A program made the translations under genes and the position numbers. From assembly GCF_009914755.1 (NCBI RefSeq), contig NC_060935.1: a stretch of 64,000 nucleotides of DNA, one strand, 5' to 3'. Source of the stretch: the human T2T-CHM13v2.0 reference genome, Homo sapiens. Under the pieces are notes generated by a model. That model did not search any database. It saw only the letters and a program-made list of their open reading frames with translations, and was not told where the DNA came from. This document shows, one piece after another, positions 13,785 to 25,394 of this stretch; positions within the stretch are counted from its first letter, which is position 1; each line of letters opens with the position of its first letter.

Positions 13785-14200
13785 TCAATTAATAGTCCTT
13801 CAGATTTGGATGCAAATCTCAAGCCTGTGATTTGGACAAATTGCCTAACTTCTGTAATATTTTTTGTGGGTCTTCAACAGTAAAACTAGGATTAAACCCT
13901 ACCTCAAAACTGATAAAAAGGACTACAGTGTGTCTTGTGTGTTGAGGTAGGCTCCTACAAACCTTCAGGAGCCAGCTACTAACTTATCAAACATTTCACC
14001 AGCTTGTTGTTAATCCTGTTAATAGCTTGAAATTGGCTGTGGTGGGAGTGTTTACAACCACATAAATTGGCTAAAATACATTTTTTTTTTGTTTTTAAAG
14101 GCTGTTCACCAGCACAGAACTAATTATAATAATAGATGTAAAGGGCTTACCCACTACCTGATCCATCATAAACACTCAATAAAGTGATATTATTATTAAA
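13785..14200 (+). mobile_element. MIR SINE split by MER63A
   Basis: 'ctgtgatttggacaaattgcctaacttct...cctacctca' before the insert and 'aatagatgtaaagggctta...aacactcaataaa...tattatta' after it. Confidence 0.65.
13932..14121 (+). mobile_element. MER63A-like hAT DNA transposon
   Basis: diagnostic 'tagcttgaaattggctgtggtgggagtgtttacaaccac' and end 'ttcaccagcaca'. Confidence 0.75.
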
Positions 14201-16169
14201 AAATTATTGTGTAGATTCTGAATCAATGAACCTATGCAATCTAATTGTATTATGAGAATATACAACAAGTGTCATTAGCAAATAGAGAAACTATGTTCAT
14301 CATAGTTTATTCAAACTGCAAAGAAGGGTGTTAGTATGTCTTCCAAGCAGCAGACAACAAGAAGGAATTAAAAATGCATGGACCATATTAGGAAAATTGT
14401 CTGGATGACAAAATTGTCAGGAATTCAGGAAGACTGGGTGAGCTATCAGACCAGGGTGCAAAAAGAACTGCATCTCCATGACTGAAGGAGAAAGAGAGAA
14501 AGCCTGGGCAGGTGTTTTCAAAATCTTCCCAGCCTGCCAGATCTTCCAAGAAAGGTTTGACAAAGCCAATGGTTGGCACTCAAAGGGCCCCTGCTTTCCC
14601 CAGAGTGAGTCTGCCTTAGTATTCTTGCAGCAGTAGGTACTGGCCAGAAGCAGCCTAGGCACGGTCTTCAATTCAAGGCAGGACAAATTGAATTTTGGAA
14701 TGCAGCAGTTGTGGGCTATTGCTGCTGGCTGATACCTCCTGCTCTGGGACATCAGCCAGGCACATTCTCACAGCTGCTGCAAGGAGTAGCAATTTTCAGG
14801 TATGTTAGCTTTGCAGATCCTGCAGTTGTTCTCCACTTTAGCGTGCTTAAAAAATGACAGATTATTGGGTCCCTGTCCATTAATTGGTACTTGAAACATG
14901 GACCTCAGGTATTTCTGATACCATAAAATAGTGAAAACAAAATAAAAAACATCAAACCCCACATTTTCAATTTTTCTTAAATATACAAGGTTATTGTAAT
15001 CACCTTCTCTCCTTAGGGGATCATAACATGTATGCCTGTTAAATAATAAGACTGATGGCTAAGAGCCATACAGAAAGACACAAACAAAAACAAAAACCTG
15101 GCTCATTATTTGACGTCACTGCATTCTTGGGGCTGAGTGTTCTCCATCTGTGTCTAAACACGTTTATCCCAACTTTATTTTTACAGCCTATATCAAGATA
15201 GTATTCCCACTGGCTTAGCTCCTGTCATGCCCCCCTCCCCCCAACAGCTTCTTTCTTTTCAGTGATCTTGTTTTGTTACTTCTTTCATTATTTTGATGTT
15301 GACACCATTTATTTTGCCCACATCTCTCTTGCCCAAAGAATTGTTCCTTTGTTTTTTTATTTTAAATTCCATCAACCTATTCAAATTTATAAAAACAAAC
15401 AAACATCTTGCAATTATCTCCTTAGTGGTCTTTGATTTCAAGATTTTTATTTTCTCTAGTTCATCACACAGAAGGGTGTCCTTAATGTGTAAACTGGATC
15501 ACCTAAGTTTCTTACTCAATAACTTTCCCTATTTAAAAAAATCAACTCTATGCTGCCATTCTAGACTTCTTATATTCTACTTGATATACATCATCCCACA
15601 TTTCCTAAAGCATAGCCTATAAGAAATTGTTTATATAATAAGGGTCATTAATGGCTTGTGGTCAAGGAAATTTGTAAAATGATGAGTTGAAGGAAAGTTA
15701 ACATCTGAATATATTTAAGGCTCCAGATATTTTAATATGCTAATGAGCAAGCAAATATCTAGGAGGGGTATGCTATACCACGTTTCTAGACTAGTGGTCT
15801 AAAGAAAATGCTTTTTAAAAAGGCAATATGACTTTATCTTCTGCCATTTCCCACAAGAACCAGATCCTTCAAATGCACCTCCTTGGCACACTCTGACACA
15901 CTATCATGTCTGAATTTTTGCTAGGCTGTTCCATCATTCTGATTTGTTTTTTCTTTAATATAATATTGATTAGGAACCAGGAGATGAAGTCTGTGAAATG
16001 TCATAGGCTCAGTCAGGCTCTCTCCCCTCTTTATATTGCTGGGTTCGGTAACTTTGAGAAGCATTTTGCAAATTGTCAGCCAACAATAACATGAACTTGA
16101 TTCTTTATTGACCATTTTATTGATAGTCTATGAGCGTTGCCTCTTGATTCTATTACATTTGGCACTTTT

Positions 16170-16310
16170 TGAATTGGTTCATTGGTTAAATCTTGTCTCC
16201 CTTACAAGACTATGCATATTTCAAAAACAGCTTTGTAATTTATTAATGTTCTTTACAGTACTCAGCAGAATGTAATGTGTTATGTATAATGTGGGGTTTG
16301 TTGAATTGAA
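16170..16310 (+). mobile_element. L2 3' end
   Basis: 'tcttgtctcccttacaagactatg...tttgttgaattgaa'. Confidence 0.55.
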
Positions 16311-18579
16311 AAGTAGCCAGGAGGGAGAGTCTGGGAAGATTCAGGAGGCAGGAATGGAGCAAAAAAGCTCAGTAGTTAAGAATGAGGGAAATGGATGCAA
16401 AGTCTAACTAAGCAGAAAAAGAGAACCTAAACAGAATGACATGTCCAAAGTTTGCAATGGATCACATCAATGTCTTTTTAATGTTGTTACTTGTCCAACT
16501 TTACTTTGCATTGCATTGCATTGTGAAATCTTTCACTGTTACAGATATTGTAATTGGCTACTAATTGTAGCCCTTGGAAAATAGGCTTCTGTCTATAATA
16601 GCCCAAAATACTTCAAGCCAGCAGAGCCTCCTAAAGTTCCAAAGCCTATCACACTTGAATTTCTCTCAGACTGAGAGACTCTGACTGTACATCCACACAA
16701 ATACACAGTTTGTGTTTTTAATATATCATAAAAAAGGTACAATCTCTCTCCATTTATAGGAGTAGTGAACTATTGGGCCTGGGGATGTGTAGAGAGTAAA
16801 GGGAGACTACTAAGATGAAACAAAGGAGTTTTAAACTGAGAATCTGTATGTGAAAGAAAAAGGCTAACACATACTTGACCAAATGTATTTTGTTTTTGAA
16901 GATGGAAACTAGAAATTATTGCAGCTTCAATGTGTTATCCCCATAATAGCTCAGCTGATAGCACCAGCGTCTATGTGATAAGAGCTTCAAAGAAAGGTGA
17001 AGCAAATGTCACTTAGAATGACTCGTAAGTGAGGAGTTCTGCAAAACTGACAGTTCTAAAAGCAGTGAAGGGTCAATTTTGTGTACTTTAGCTCACTTGA
17101 TTCAAGAGGCTAACTCTCCAGTACAGAGGCTGATAGATAACCTTCAAAAGTTTCCTTTGAGAAAAAAACAAACACTGTTTAATTTGTGGACCAGAGTAGA
17201 CTCTATCTGGAATAAACTCACATGAACTAAGTAAAATGCTGAAGATAGGATGATATTAGGAATATAGTATTTGACAGAAAACTCGGAATTACCCAGTTTC
17301 TGTCTTCTTCTAATCACTCATTCCAAAGATACATTTAAATCCATCCATGGGGCACAATCTGTGGTGGAAGAGAGAGAGAATGAATGTGAGTAAGGGCCTG
17401 GAGGCCAGCTACAGCTCCTGGGGGCTGTGGGCCATCCTGTCAACCTATTAGCTCTGTTCACAAAGAAAGTGTTTAATGAGCTGGGCTAAACCATTGGCAG
17501 AACTCCTTTTGCCTAAGTTGTACATGGTTTGAGCCATCAAAAGTGGGTTGAAAGGCCATTCATTCCTGAGGCCTCACCTTAATTTTGACCTCCACCACTC
17601 TCAGCATGTGTTTTTCAGTACAGCTCTATGTATGTTCCTCCTGGTAAGGGAGAGTCTACATTCAGGAAGTATGACCACATCAGTACCACTGACCTCAATC
17701 AATAGATGGGAGAACTCCAGACAGTGCTGTAAAGCCCTTTGCTCCAGAGCCTTCCTTGTGCATGAAACAAGGAGGGGAGCAGGGAAAAAGGGCATCACTG
17801 ATCTCCTTTCCTATGGAGGGCAGCAGTAGATAAACATGAAGTGTGATTTTATTGAAACAGTTCTTAAAATAATCAAGTTATTTTCTTATACAATTACTGT
17901 AAACAATTGAAGCAAATTATAACCACCAATTTAAGCTATTTATTTAAAGACTTACCATATTTTTCTATCCATATAAAATAGCCCTGTATATGAATCTCTA
18001 AGGTAGCCAATGGTTTTTTTATTATATACAAATTATTTCTTCTATAAAGGGAGAGAGAGAGAGAAGTAAAAGAAGTGGAAAAATACCTGGGAGAATTAAG
18101 TTTAATTAGTATCTTAAACGTTATGCTGTTTAGGATAAAATAGAATCTTTGAATAAGTGTCAAACTGTAAAATGGAGCCCCTTAGGTGTTTGGCTGGTTC
18201 TAATTCACACAAATGGGATGCCAAGGGCATCTGGATATCATCCAATATGAGCCCAAGGCCCTCAACAATACTATGACCTCAACAGTATTGTAACTCTCTT
18301 GAAGAAGAGGGTGAACTCGCACTGTTGCTCGCTTGTGCCTCCATTTCTCCTCAAAGAGAATTAAACCTGTTAAAGTATTTAAACTGGCCCAATATATGTC
18401 CTCTGGGCCCTTTATGGTGCCTAGCAACGTCTAGGGCTCAAGTTTATTCAGGACTCAAAGAACTTTCTATGGAGGCTCGCTTTAGTTCTTAAATGAAATT
18501 TTGTTACTTCAACCTAATCAGAAATTGCCTCTCCTATCTCTGGACCTTAGGCAGGACTTTCGGGTTGTTTCATAGATAT

Positions 18580-18810
18580 AAAAATGATAGCAGCTAACAT
18601 TTAAGGTTGACCTACTATATGCCAAACTCTTTAACTACAGCAAATCATTTAAACCTTACAACAATACCTTATAGTAATTACCATGATAATTGTTAGTACC
18701 AGTTGTATAAAATGGTTAAAGAACTTGCAAAAGTCATAAAGTTTACACAGCTAGGTGGGGGAAGAGGCAGGGTTTGAACCCACTGTGTGTGCTTAGCTCT
18801 TAAGCACAAT
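18580..18810 (-). mobile_element. MIR SINE
   Basis: 'agcagctaacattta...cctactatatgcca...tcatttaaaccttacaacaa...ggcagggtttgaaccca'. Confidence 0.75.
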
Positions 18811-18959
18811 AGCCTCACAGATGGGGCAAACCATGGCAAATCAGTGGATCAATCATTTCTTTTGGACACTGCTCAGAAGAGGACGCAGCTCAGAAGAAGG
18901 CTATGGACGTACAAGATAGTGAAACATTAACCTCTGCTTCGTATACATGTGAAGAAGCA

Positions 18960-19330
18960 ATGCATGAACTAGTTTTACTAGAACAGAGTATTTTCTTGGA
19001 AGAGTGATGGGAAATAAATTTCAAGGAGTAGGTAGAGGTCATGGTCAAGACCTATTTATGTCATTTAAGTTATGTTTAAGCTGATCTTGTATACCAAGAG
19101 GAGCCATTAAATAAAGTATAGAGTGGTAAGTGCAATTTGGTGGAATGGGAGGATAAATGTTTGTTGTGTGGATTAGAGAGGAAAAAATTAAGTTGAGAAG
19201 GACAATTTTGGAGGTTGTCAATGTAAGTCAGGGATAAGTGATAAAAGTCTGCTTTACTGCTGTTAAATGTTGCTAGAAAAGAAAAAGAGATGACAGTTGG
19301 ATGAGCTTTAATGAAGGAAATATTATTTTT
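18960..19330 (-). mobile_element. L2 fragment
   Basis: 'gaggagccatta', 'ggaggttgtcaatgtaagtcagggataagtgat'. Confidence 0.55.
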
Positions 19331-19999
19331 CACAAGTCAATGACCCACACAAGTTATGCCTGATTTCCATGCCAGTTAAAGTTCATGTGATTAATGGTGT
19401 CATTCCACAACTTCTGGAATACAGTTGTGAAAATGCAGAAGAGTTCCCAGTCTCCTCTCCCTTTGATCAAACTCCTACTTTGGAGTCTGCTCTATACCCT
19501 AGCTGTGATAATCTTTCCAAGAATCCTTTTCATAGATCTGTGGTTGAATCATTCTAGAAGGGTTGAGCCAAGTATAATGAAAGAGGGCATGTTGCGTAAG
19601 TCACTAAAAAATCATCTTTATTCCTTTCTCCAGATGTCTAATTTTTTTTTTATTTACCAGGGAAAAAACAATATGAAGGATACCTTCGTTTATGCTAATA
19701 GTATATTAAATCACTATTTGAGTGGGCATCACGCTTTGAGTGGGCATCTTTCCCAAATGATCAGTCAGAGCTAGTTCATGTCTGTGTTCAGTAAACCTGT
19801 ATAAATACTGATCTCATTTAACACCCATCCATTCCTTTCCAGCATGGGAGCTACTGTCTCTATGCTGCTATTTCCTTCCTACCAGCCCAGGTGTGGGATG
19901 TCTGTCAAAAGTCATCTTCTGCACCCTCTTTCAGCTGCTGTTGCTGCTATTTTTGTGTTACATAGCATCCAGAAAAGTCAACTCTTCAGTGTGAACCAA

Positions 20000-20540
20000 C
20001 GCTGATTACTGTAGTCACTGACCTAAAAGTCATCTGGCCTCTGCCAGGATCACTAACATAAACATGTCCACTACTAGCTCTGCTTCTTCCTCTTTCTGGG
20101 ACTTTCGTAAAGTTAAGCACTTTTATAGGGCTTCTAGCTCTTTTCCATCTTTTGGCTTGGTGGTTGTACATTGATCCTTATGTTGTTCACTTTAAATCTA
20201 TTAAGCAGTCCCTGTTCCTCTCACAACAAACCACCTACTATGTAATACGAAACATAAAGCTATTCATGATGTGGCTACTGCTTAATTTGCCAGTATCATA
20301 CAATTATATAATGAGTGCTTGTAATTCTGATAAACCCCCATGGTCTTGCTCACCTATGGAATTTAGCATGTGATGTTTCTCTCCACTAAGTATTTTTTTT
20401 TCCTTCTACTCTCCCTTTTACCTTAAATACTATGGTTCATGATGTCTTAATGTAGATATTGCTTCTGTTGGGAAAGTGTCCCTGACCACCAAGACTTTAA
20501 GTCCTATTCTCCTTCTGTACTTTGGTAGCAATCTGTATTT
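20000..20540 (+). mobile_element. L2 fragment (degenerate)
   Basis: 'aaagctattcatgatgtggctactgc', 'gcttctgttgggaaagtgtccctgaccacc'. Confidence 0.5.
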
Positions 20541-20544
20541 ATAG

Positions 20545-20760
20545 GCAATATAGAGCTTTAAAATGTGGCATCAAGAGCTTCATAGTTCTTACATGTAAAC
20601 ACTGCCATTCACTATTCACTAGCTATGTAAATTTGGAAAGTTAGTCAAACTCTCTCACATGTATCTTCTATAAAACTGGAAAAATAATCTGTATATTACA
20701 ATTTTACAGGATCAAGTGTTAAATGGAACACATATAAAAACTAAGCCCAGTTCCTGGAGC
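20545..20760 (+). mobile_element. MIR SINE
   Basis: 'cactagctatgtaaatttggaaagttagtcaaactctct...ctataaaactgga'. Confidence 0.65.
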
Positions 20761-20862
20761 TGTGAGTTTTTGTGTGGTATTCTGTCACTATCTTTTTAAT
20801 GAACATAGGCAACCCTAGTGTTATCTGGCAATAAATCTCAGCTCATTATAGCACAACCTCTC

Positions 20863-20873
20863 TGCTGAGTCAT
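20863..20873. promoter_or_regulatory. perfect NF-E2/NRF2/BACH1 (ARE/MARE) motif TGCTGAGTCAT
   Basis: exact 11-mer consensus; function is not shown by the sequence. Confidence 0.3.
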
Positions 20874-21549
20874 AGCTACTAGGTGCTAAAGCTTTTGATA
20901 GACATTTAACCAGGACATGCAAACTGAGCAGCCTCTGTGTTTAAACGTCTCTGACCATCCAGGTCCTCACCTCCAAAGTAGAAAAATCTGTCAACACAGC
21001 CCAGTTATATTTAGAGAACTAGGTGCCATAAGTTTGCAGGGTGGTATGAAAGCATTTGTTTATGCCCCTCTACTAACTGCTTAATTTCACATGCATGTAA
21101 CTTTGTGTTTTTTAATAATAGGACCTCTCACCATTCTCTTCTGTAATACAGAGGGCACATCAGTCAATTATATAAAACATATAGATATGACTTCCAAAGC
21201 CTTTTTGCCTCCAGGAAGACAGAAATTCCTTGAGGAATCCTGGTAGCCTCTAATTTGTATGTGGTTGCCTACAGAATTTCACCTGACTTTTAGACTTTTG
21301 TCCAAAGAAAGAACAAATGAGAGACTAATTTCCAAAATTATAATCCCAATGGAAAGTGGGCTAAAATAATGCACCATCTTTCAACAGAGAGCTATTTCTT
21401 TTTTCTTATTCTAATGTCATTAGATGGAGAGGTTTTCTGCATTCTGCAGGTCAGATAAAATTATTTGCTATTGATAAAGTATTTGCTTTTTCTGAGAAAG
21501 TAGCAAATTATTCTCTTGAAGCTGATTGGAGGCTTTTTAAAAGCAAGTT

Positions 21550-21617
21550 GGAGTGGAGCATGGTGGCACATGTCTGTAACCCGAATGCTTTGGGAGGCCA
21601 AGGTGGGAGGATCACTG
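21550..21617 (+). mobile_element. Alu/FLAM 5' fragment
   Basis: 'catggtggcacatgtctgtaacccgaatgctttgggaggccaaggtgggaggatcact', then stops abruptly. Confidence 0.8.
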
Positions 21618-23506
21618 TGTTCTGAGACATGGCTTAGTTGCCTGGGCAGTGTATACCATTAGCACTAAACTTTAGGGACCAGTTACACTAGGCCACAATC
21701 CATGTATTCCTTGACAAAACAATAGTAAATTTCTGCCAACAATACCAACTTTTAAGGCAAACCCTTTTGATCCAATTTTCTAGTTCTTACAGAATCACTT
21801 AATAGTTTTGTGACACTGAACTATTTGACTTGTCTTTTCCTGTAATGTTTTATCTATACAATTTTATTTATAATAATAGCAGTTATCATGGATAAATGAC
21901 ATGATACATGCAAATCTTTGGTTTACATAAGACCTGTTAAATAGCCTGTACTAAATAAATTGTCATAGTTGCTGCTGTTGTTGCTATTCTTATGGGTTTT
22001 ACTATTGTGTATGGTACTCTGGGTGAATTATTCATCATACCATAGACATAATGACAGAGGAACTAAGGCTTAAATAAGGCAGAGCTCTTAAATATTTTAT
22101 TATACCATTTTTAGTAGGAATTTTAATATAGGGAAATATAGAATATAATAAACATCTGTGTACTCACTAAGTGGAATTAGCAAACGCTAATATACTGTCT
22201 TGTTTCTTTAAATGAGTTCCACAAAATAAATTAAATAATGTGGGATTTCTCTATGTGCCAGTACTTAGGCCTGTTTGACTCTTTATTGCTTAAGAAAGAA
22301 CCACAATATGTACACAATGTTCAATATGTACTTCCCTGGGTATATTTTAATATTTTTACTGGATGTAAGTAGCAAGTCTGTGGCATTATATTTTTTTTAC
22401 AAATGTTATTCTACAGTTATCATTTGAAACTTTCTTTTATACATTAAACATTAGAGTTTCAATATTTCTCCAAATAGAAGAAATAACTCTAGTAGACAAC
22501 ACAAAACATTTTAATGACTTGAGTATAAAGAAGTATTTTTAATCAACTTTTTAACACACTAGTTTTAGATAATCCTTCATTATCAGCTTATGTTCTAGAT
22601 TCTATGATTAGAATCTCTTTAAAACAAGTAGTGATAAATACAGGAAAACCAGAGATCAAAGGTGATCAACAGAACAAAAGCCACAAGAGGACAGGATCTT
22701 AGAAGCAAATTACTAAAATGAAAATGCTTTCAGAGTTCATTAACAGGCAAGTTGAAAAACAAGGCAAAATGGACCTGATTTTACGTAAAAAATAATAGCA
22801 ATATGTACTCTTTGCTAATGCACTTAAATGGCTTTTAGAAAAATATCCTGCTATTCACTTCAAGGAACAAATTCTTATGATATCAGCAACTACTGAATGT
22901 GAGGCATTATTATAAGGCCAATTTTTAAATAAAGTCTGTTTATATAAAAAAGTCACATTCATTGCATTTTAATTGGCAAATATAGCTAAATTTTAATCTA
23001 GATTCTTTGTTTTTTAAATACAATTAAGTACATACAGTAACTAAAACAAACATTCTAGCTAAGGTCAAGTTGAGCCCATTACTAGCTAATTCCTGTAATG
23101 TGTCTATGCTTGCAAGCCGAAATTAGCATTCCAAAAATTAAAGGAGATAATATTTGAGCCAGCATTTACAGGTCACACAAAATTTACCAGAAACAGGAAA
23201 AAGATACATTACAAAGAATTTTCCTCAATTATAGGCTGCTATAAAATTGTATTATTTGGGGAAATCACCTATTTCCTTTCTTCTCATCATGTCTTCCATA
23301 TGCCATCACTGTAGAATCACTTTATTTAAAAGAACTATATTTTTAGTGAAATATCTTCAAGGCTTCACCACATAAAGTGCATTAGAAATAAATGAAGAAA
23401 CTTCAGAGGTTATGTAATCTTGAAATACTAGAAATTTGGGGAATATATCACCAGAGTTTGCTTAGAGAAACGGAGCACAATGAGCTTTATGGAAATCAGT
23501 GGTTTG

Positions 23507-23507
<1 letters not shown>

Positions 23508-23539
<32 letters not shown>
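23508..23539. repeat. (CA)n microsatellite
   Basis: seen directly in the sequence. Confidence 0.95.
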
Positions 23540-23540
<1 letters not shown>

Positions 23541-23541
23541 C

Positions 23542-23633
23542 AAGCTCTTAGGACATATCTCCCTGAAAATGCACATATATATACATGCATATTAGTGAAT
23601 GTGCATTTTCAGGGGCAGGTGTCCTAAGAGCTT
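23542..23633. repeat. long inverted repeat (35-bp arms, 22-nt spacer)
   Basis: 23542-23576 against the reverse complement of 23599-23633: 31/35 identical. Confidence 0.95.
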
Positions 23634-23959
23634 TCTTAAAGTTATATGAGACATTTGAGGTGCAAAGAGAAGAGAAACCACTTTTTCTAAATTGACACTT
23701 TTCATAAATATAAAACATGTCATTTGTCTAATTTTGCATAACTGGTGACAGAAACAGTTTTTTATTTAATATTTAATTTTTATTGTGTGCATATAAAGAG
23801 AGAAGAACTATGGTTTTAAAAAAACAGAGTGCCATTTTTGCCTTCAAAAAGTAAGTAAAATAAGTAAACTAGTAGGAACACTTACAAGTATACAGTTGCA
23901 ATAATAAAAATTTATAAATATATTAATATAATCTGTGTGTATAATAAACGTATATAAAG

Positions 23960-24190
23960 AGAGGTAATATTTCATATTTTCCAATTGCCAGGAACTGTTC
24001 TAAGTAACTTTAAATGTATCATATTGCTTACAACTTAAGGAGATCCATGCTATGATTTCTCACATTTTGCTGCTGAGAATGCTGAGGCACAAAATATTTA
24101 AGATACTTGCCCAAAGTCACATAGTTAATAAGTAGCTGCATTTGAATTTGAACTCAATTCCCACAGTTTGTGTTTTTAATCAATCAATTA
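23960..24190 (-). mobile_element. MIR SINE
   Basis: 'tgccaggaactgttctaag...ctgaggcaca...acttgcccaaagtcacatagttaataagt...atttgaactca'. Confidence 0.8.
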
Positions 24191-24614
24191 TATTATAATA
24201 CTTTTAATGATATGGGTACAAAATGTAATAAGAATATCAGAGAAAATGTTCTAAATCTACCCATGGGATTCTGTCTGCTTCACAGAAGAGGAATTTGAGC
24301 TGAGACTTGAGGAATGAGTAAAGATTTGTTCCATTTTTACAATGACATTTGAAACAATGAGAAAAATGTGTGCAAGGGATGTAGTAAGAAAGAAGTACAT
24401 TGATATATATATACAAACACACACACACACGTCTATATGAGCAAAAATTTCAGAGAAGAAAGTTTAAGCCAGAAGATTAGAAGTTAAATAAGAATACTCC
24501 TTACTACCTATCCATCCATCATTTATTTAGACTATCTAAAGAAACTTTAAATTGTACAGATAGGTATTCCATATATCATTTTATTTGGCATTTATACTAA
24601 TGTAGCAAAATTGG

Positions 24615-24850
24615 ACACTGATAAAAATTTGGACTCTGGAGTCAAACACACATGGTTTGAATCCTGACTCTGTGATGTCATACACAAGAAACATTAGGCA
24701 TATTTTGAAATAATATATATTAATTCTTCAGTTTTTCTCAGAGATTTTTAGTATGTGACATTGAACAAACATATGAATGTCTTTAGAACTCAGTTTTCTT
24801 ATATGTAAAATGAGAATTATAAAACATCATTTCTTAAATAAAACGTGATG
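24615..24850 (+). mobile_element. MIR SINE
   Basis: 'ggactctggagtcaaacacacatggtttgaatcctgactctg...ctcagttttcttatatgtaaaatgagaat'. Confidence 0.75.
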
Positions 24851-24899
24851 CTATTATCAAAATATATAGCATGGGAATGTCATTAATTTGTGTTTTTTA

Positions 24900-25095
24900 A
24901 TATTCTAGGTAGACAGAATAGCAAGTATAAGACCTTGAACTGGGAATCTGGGGTATTTTAGGAACAGAAATAAGGTGCTAATATCAACAGACACTAGTGA
25001 AGAAGGGGAAGAATTCTATATAAGATAGAGACATAGGCAGTATCCTGAGCATACAGAGCATTGTAGACATAAATAGTGTTTGGGATTTTAGTATA
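24900..25095 (-). mobile_element. L2 fragment
   Basis: 'attctaggtagacagaatagcaagtataagaccttga...gggatttta'. Confidence 0.55.
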
Positions 25096-25109
25096 GAGAT
25101 TTTGTTCTA

Positions 25110-25394
25110 AACATTGAAAGATTCCACCAATAGCAGACCACCCATTCTTCACAAGTGGAAGTGGACTTTCTCAAAGTTGGATCACATGCTAGTTTATGCT
25201 ACAAATCAAGTCTCAATCAATTTAAAATATTGAAATTATACAAAGTCTATTCTCCAACTATAATGAAATGAAATCACAAATCAATAACCAAAAGACAGTT
25301 GGGTGATTCCAAGATATGTGGAAATTAACAACACAATCCTTAAAAGACTTCGAGTCAAATAAGAAATAAAAAGGTACATTAGAAAATATTTTGA
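25110..25394 (+). mobile_element. old L1M ORF2 (post-endonuclease) fragment
   Basis: 'cattcttcacaagtg...aagtctcaatcaatttaaa...gtggaaattaacaacac...attagaaaatattttga'. Confidence 0.75.
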
